Below are positions 16,015 through 20,000 of a stretch of DNA of 20,000 bases, one piece after another. Below the pieces are notes generated by a model that worked only from the letters and a program-made list of their open reading frames with translations, was not told the origin of the DNA and ran no database searches. Every line of letters begins with the position of its first letter. Position 1 is the stretch's first letter. The stretch lies in the sequence record DRR378314_1406. One strand, given 5' to 3'. Made by a program: the position numbers and the translations under genes.

Positions 16015-16518
16015 TCATTCGTCGGCTGCGCACCAGCTTTTGCGCGTACCGCCGGTGTAGGGGCGGCCGTGACCAGCGCGTAAAATTGTGAGAGCAACAT
16101 CTTTTTCTGCGTGATAAACATCTGCCAGAACCCGTCCGGCAAATTTACCGAGGGCGACATTTTTAAGGGTTACCGCTGCCATCGGTTTGCCAAGGACTGC
16201 CCCGCGATAGGGGCTTTCAAAAAGATCCATTAAGAATTGAGTGGCGGCTTTCCCCGCATTTTCTTCCTGCTCACATTTAGGGCGCCAGCTTTCCGGCGTA
16301 TCAATCCCTCTAATGCGGATGCTGATATCGGTATGCAGTCCCGGCCATAAATGAACCCGGGCAAAGAAGGTATCCCCATCTTTGATGTAATAAACTTCGG
16401 CCCTGTAGGGACCTGAATAAACCTCTTTTGCCTGTACTTGTAAGGGCAACTGTCCCATCAAAAGGAACATAAAGACCGGTATGATCAGGTTTTTCAGGGT
16501 AGTCATTTTTATCATCAT
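16015..16518 (-). CDS. Secreted thermonuclease (SNase) family protein
   Basis: Signal peptide; DGDT, IRIRGIDTPE, GRVLA motifs. Start could be 16518, 16515 or 16506. Confidence 0.88.
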   Translation of the reverse strand: MMIKMTTLKNLIIPVFMFLLMGQLPLQVQAKEVYSGPYRAEVYYIKDGDTFFARVHLWPGLHTDISIRIRGIDTPESWRPKCEQEENAGKAATQFLMDLFESPYRGAVLGKPMAAVTLKNVALGKFAGRVLADVYHAEKDVALTILRAGHGRPYTGGTRKSWCAADE

Positions 16519-16589
16519 GGTCTCTTAACTACTAAAGGGTTGCGGGATCATATCAAAAGGATCGGTAAGTCCTACCCCTTTTGACCAGC

Positions 16590-16618
16590 TTGCGATCCTT
16601 ATGAGTTTCCCCTAATCT
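16590..16618 (+). promoter_or_regulatory. Putative sigma70 promoter (TTGCGA-N17-TAATCT)
   Basis: Good hexamers 43 nt upstream of ATG 16662. Confidence 0.5.
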
Positions 16619-16661
16619 TTGGACAGGGAAAAAACAGTCATCGCAATAAGGATAACGAATA

Positions 16662-17627
16662 ATGACGGCTATAACGGAAAGATTAGTTCGCCCAAAATCA
16701 CTCTTGGCGCCACCTGTGAAACTGGACACAGCGTTTGATGATCCCGATGGAATTAAAAAACTGATCGCGAAAGGCAGTCCATATAAGACTTTGTCGGCGG
16801 TTCATCGCAATAAAGGGGAGACGAGTGGGGGCTGGTTTCGAAATTTCTGGGCCCTTGGAGAAAAAGTAGTGTTTGAAGGGGCTGAGCCGTTCTTTTATAA
16901 CCCGCGGTTTATTGAAGCTGCCAAATTTTCCTTCTCGGCTGAGGTCATTCGACCTGTGGCCATGATGACCAATCTAAATCTGCCCGCACCTGGCGCGCCG
17001 TTTCATTTGGATTTGCCGTTTTTCCGGGGGGCCCAAAACCGGGAGGTGCCCAGCTGGATGCTCGCGCCGATGGGGTATTCAGGGCTGTTTCATGAATGGG
17101 CAATCCCGGTCGCTTCGGCGATAACCTGGTTTTATGACGGGGTTGGTGGTGAATTTGAATATTGGCCCGACGGAATAGATGCACCCTCGCGAACAGAAAG
17201 CCCGCCTTATTCCAATATGTGTGTACTGGCGGATAATGAATATATGTACCATCGGGTTGGCGCCATCGGCCCGGCCGATCAGCAAAAAACTTATGAGGAT
17301 ATCGGCTATGATGCGACGCTGGTATTGACCGACGATCAGACTTGGAATGTAGTCGAAGATGACAAGGTTACCGCAAATTTTGGATACGGAGATGTGCGGA
17401 TTTCTATCCTGTGGAAGGGCTATTGCTTTAAAAATGAGCGTGAAGCCGCATCCTTTGATGATCATAGCCATGACCTGACGCCGGAGCTGGTGGCGGATAT
17501 TTTTACGGCGGATTTAAAACGCCGAGGTATTGCTCATAAATCACCGGGGGATTTTGCCATCGATGCAGATTGGAAGGCGATTATTACAAAAACCTACAGC
17601 GCACCGGATGGCGGCGCCAGTTATTGA
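16662..17627 (+). CDS. Hypothetical protein, probable 2OG-Fe(II) dioxygenase (DSBH) fold
   Basis: PFHLDLP (HxD), AITWFY...GGEFEYW, and distal YMYHRV (His). AAGGA SD. Confidence 0.6.
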   Translation: MTAITERLVRPKSLLAPPVKLDTAFDDPDGIKKLIAKGSPYKTLSAVHRNKGETSGGWFRNFWALGEKVVFEGAEPFFYNPRFIEAAKFSFSAEVIRPVAMMTNLNLPAPGAPFHLDLPFFRGAQNREVPSWMLAPMGYSGLFHEWAIPVASAITWFYDGVGGEFEYWPDGIDAPSRTESPPYSNMCVLADNEYMYHRVGAIGPADQQKTYEDIGYDATLVLTDDQTWNVVEDDKVTANFGYGDVRISILWKGYCFKNEREAASFDDHSHDLTPELVADIFTADLKRRGIAHKSPGDFAIDADWKAIITKTYSAPDGGASY

Positions 17628-18547
17628 GAGCCGATGTTAAAGAGGTCTTGATCCCAGGACGGCATTGGCGCGAAGCTGCCAGTTATATGGTCAATGAACG
17701 CTCGAACCCGCGATGATAAATACCGGGTTCGGGGATAGAGGATATAGGCCCCAAGTTCAGTTGCTTGAAAATCACTGAGCAGGCGATGAAGTTTTCCAGC
17801 CTGCAGGTCCTCATGACAGATAAAACTTGGGCAGAAATAGATGCCGAGCCCGTCAATTGCCGCCTGCCTTAAAAAATCCCCGTTATTGGAAATCATGGCT
17901 GTTTTTCCTGCCAGATCAAACTGCTGCCCTTTGGCATCCTTTAAATGATGGGTTAATCCGGATGGGCTTTTATAACGCAGAATCCGGTGTTGATCCAATT
18001 CACCGGGATGACGAGGGGCCGGATGAGTGGCCAGGTAATCGGGGCTGGCGCAGAGGATATGGCGGATCGTGGTGAAGCGCTTGGCTATCAGGCTGGAGCT
18101 TTCCAGCTCTGCTATTCGGATCGCGACATCAACCCCCTCTTCGACCAGATTAACCTGCCGATCCGCAAAATCCAGATCAATGGTCAATGCCGGATGAGCC
18201 GCCGCAAATTGACTGACCACCGGCGAAAGATGCTTAATGCCAAAGGAGAGGGGGGCGGCAATGCGTAGGTTACCGGAAAGGGTGGTGCCTTCCTGCCCGA
18301 TTTCATTGAGCATTTCATCCGTGTCGGCCAGGATCTTCAAGGACTGGGTATAATAACGCTGCCCGGCTTCGGTCAGACTGGATTTTCGCGTTGTTCGGTT
18401 GAGAAGCCCTACGCCCAGAAGTTCTTCCAGATCAGAAAGACGCTTGCTGACCGCCGATTTTGCCAAACCAAGATGATTGGCCGCCGCAGTGATACTGCCG
18501 CTTTCAACGATTTTGGCGAACAGAGCCATATCTTCAAGCTGTCCCAT
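17621..18547 (-). CDS. LysR-family transcriptional regulator (CrgA-like)
   Basis: N-terminal HTH GSITAAA..LG..KSAVSK.L..LE..LGV.LLNRTTR; DR.VNLVEEGVDVAIR. Confidence 0.95.
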   Translation of the reverse strand: MGQLEDMALFAKIVESGSITAAANHLGLAKSAVSKRLSDLEELLGVGLLNRTTRKSSLTEAGQRYYTQSLKILADTDEMLNEIGQEGTTLSGNLRIAAPLSFGIKHLSPVVSQFAAAHPALTIDLDFADRQVNLVEEGVDVAIRIAELESSSLIAKRFTTIRHILCASPDYLATHPAPRHPGELDQHRILRYKSPSGLTHHLKDAKGQQFDLAGKTAMISNNGDFLRQAAIDGLGIYFCPSFICHEDLQAGKLHRLLSDFQATELGAYILYPRTRYLSSRVRAFIDHITGSFAPMPSWDQDLFNIGSQ

Positions 18548-18552
18548 CCTAT

Positions 18553-18571
18553 TGTTCTATAATAGTGAACA
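18553..18571. promoter_or_regulatory. Probable LysR recognition site (TGTTC-N9-GAACA, containing T-N11-A)
   Basis: Dyad immediately upstream of the lysR start, in the divergent lysR/pirin spacer. Confidence 0.6.
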
Positions 18572-18662
18572 GTTATTTTCAATATCGGATCTTTATTCGC
18601 AGAATAGAAAATATAAATTCAACTAAAGAAAAAAGGTTCCCTGTGCAAGAGAGGCCAGTGAG

Positions 18663-19508
18663 ATGAGCAAAACTATAAGACAAGTGCTTGGCGTGACCAA
18701 GGGAGCGGAAGGATCAGACGGCGCGGATGTCAAGCTGCGCCGGTATATTGGCACACCAGAGCTAAACATTCTGGATCCGTTCCTGATGCTGGATGTGTTT
18801 GGAACGGACGAGCCGCAGGATTATATCGGTGGCTTTCCCTCCCATCCTCATCGCGGTTTTGAGACGGTGACCTATATGCTGGCTGGGCAGATGCGTCATA
18901 AGGATAATGCTGGCCATGAAGGTGTGATTACCCCAGGCGGTGTCCAGTGGATGTCTGCAGGTCGGGGTATCGTGCATTCAGAAATGCCTGAGCAGGATGA
19001 AGGCCTGATGAAAGGATTTCAGTTATGGATCAATCTTCCGGCCAAGGCCAAAATGGGCGAGCCGGGATATCAGGAATTCCCACCTGAAGATATGCCGCAA
19101 GAGCAACTGCCTGGTGGTGGATCTATCAATGTGGTTGCCGGCACAACAAATGCCGGAACAATAGGTCCGGTTGAAAATCCGCATACCGCACCGCTTTACC
19201 TGGATATTCGGCTCGGCGCTGATCAACAGTTTTCTCAGGACATTCCGGCCCTCCATAACGCGTTTGTCTATGTCACCGAAGGTCAGGTGAAAATCGGCGC
19301 GGAGACCCACCTGTTTACCGAGGGGGATCTGGCGATCCTTGGAGAGGGGGATGAAATTACCCTGCAGACGGCTCAAGCGCCAGCCAGAGTGTTGTTGGTG
19401 GGCGGTAAACCGCTGAATGAACCGGTCGCCCGCGGCGGACCCTTTGTGATGAATACCCGCGAAGAGGTGATGCAAGCCTATCAGGATTACCAAAGCGGCA
19501 AATTTTAA
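18663..19508 (+). CDS. Pirin family protein
   Basis: DPFLMLD, GFPSHPHRGFETVTY, GGVQWM.AGRGIVHSE, GPFVMNT motifs. Confidence 0.96.
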   Translation: MSKTIRQVLGVTKGAEGSDGADVKLRRYIGTPELNILDPFLMLDVFGTDEPQDYIGGFPSHPHRGFETVTYMLAGQMRHKDNAGHEGVITPGGVQWMSAGRGIVHSEMPEQDEGLMKGFQLWINLPAKAKMGEPGYQEFPPEDMPQEQLPGGGSINVVAGTTNAGTIGPVENPHTAPLYLDIRLGADQQFSQDIPALHNAFVYVTEGQVKIGAETHLFTEGDLAILGEGDEITLQTAQAPARVLLVGGKPLNEPVARGGPFVMNTREEVMQAYQDYQSGKF

Positions 19509-19520
19509 GGAGTGATGGTC

Positions 19521-20000
19521 ATGGGCCAGTTAATTGACGGCAAATGGAGCCAAGAGAATCTGGTGAAAACAGGCAAAGATGGCAAATTCGTCCGAAAAGC
19601 GTCCAGCTTTCGAAACTGGATTACCCCGGACGGGGCCGCCGGTCCCACCGGGAGTGCAGGTTTCAAAGCGGAAGCCGACCGCTATCATCTTTATATTTCT
19701 CACGCCTGCCCGTGGGCCCACAGGACGGCAATCTTTCGCAAACTTAAAGGGCTTGAACAGCTGATCAGCCTGTCGGCGACCCACTGGCATATGGGGGATA
19801 TGGGCTGGAACTTTAAGGAGGCGGATGGGGTTATTCCCGATCCTTTGCAGGACGCCCACTATGTGCATCAGATTTACCAACGGGCGGATCCAGATTATAC
19901 CGGGCGGGCAACGGTTCCAATTCTGTGGGACAAGGTTCAGAATACCATCGTTAGCAACGAATCTGCTGAAATTATCCGCATGTTCAATTCCGCCTTTGAC
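19521..20000 (+). CDS. yqjG: Glutathionyl-hydroquinone reductase (YqjG/ECM4/PcpF, Xi-class GST), 3' end runs off the window
   Basis: Not in the ORF track. Manual translation MGQLIDGKW...FVRKASSFRNW...RYHLYISHACPWAHRT...RKLKGL...YTGRATVPILWDK...IVSNESAEIIRMFN. AAGGAG SD. Confidence 0.93.
   Translation, partial: MGQLIDGKWSQENLVKTGKDGKFVRKASSFRNWITPDGAAGPTGSAGFKAEADRYHLYISHACPWAHRTAIFRKLKGLEQLISLSATHWHMGDMGWNFKEADGVIPDPLQDAHYVHQIYQRADPDYTGRATVPILWDKVQNTIVSNESAEIIRMFNSAFD

Noticed and set aside
19530-19880. Track ORFs over the last 470 nt
   Set aside because: Shadows of the open-ended yqjG-like gene starting at 19521.
1-20000. CRISPR array or long repeat arrays
   Set aside because: Only two-copy short duplications were seen; no regularly spaced repeats.

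Overview
Mostly core chromosome of an alphaproteobacterium, probably marine (inferred from gene content: NDUFS4-like gene, two-domain cold-shock protein, CtrA-type box, EFGBCDDD-type Mrp). In order: a partial coxG-like SRPBCC gene missed by the ORF track; a stand-alone Panacea/SocA (DUF4065)-like gene with a perfect CtrA box and no adjacent toxin; a ChaN-family lipoprotein directly behind a 9-gene Mrp Na+/H+ antiporter operon; a double cold-shock-domain gene; a TPP riboswitch with a thiZXY-type ABC transporter; DUF192; a PaaI thioesterase; tRNA-Pro(TGG); a secreted PA14 protein; an NDUFS4-like gene; tRNA-Arg(TCT); a secreted thermonuclease; an uncharacterised 2OG-Fe(II)-oxygenase-like protein; and a LysR / pirin / glutathionyl-hydroquinone reductase module. 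No integrase, transposase, CRISPR array or att duplication was seen. The best lead is the orphan Panacea-like protein, apparently under CtrA control. All assignments come from motif recognition by eye; no searches were run.
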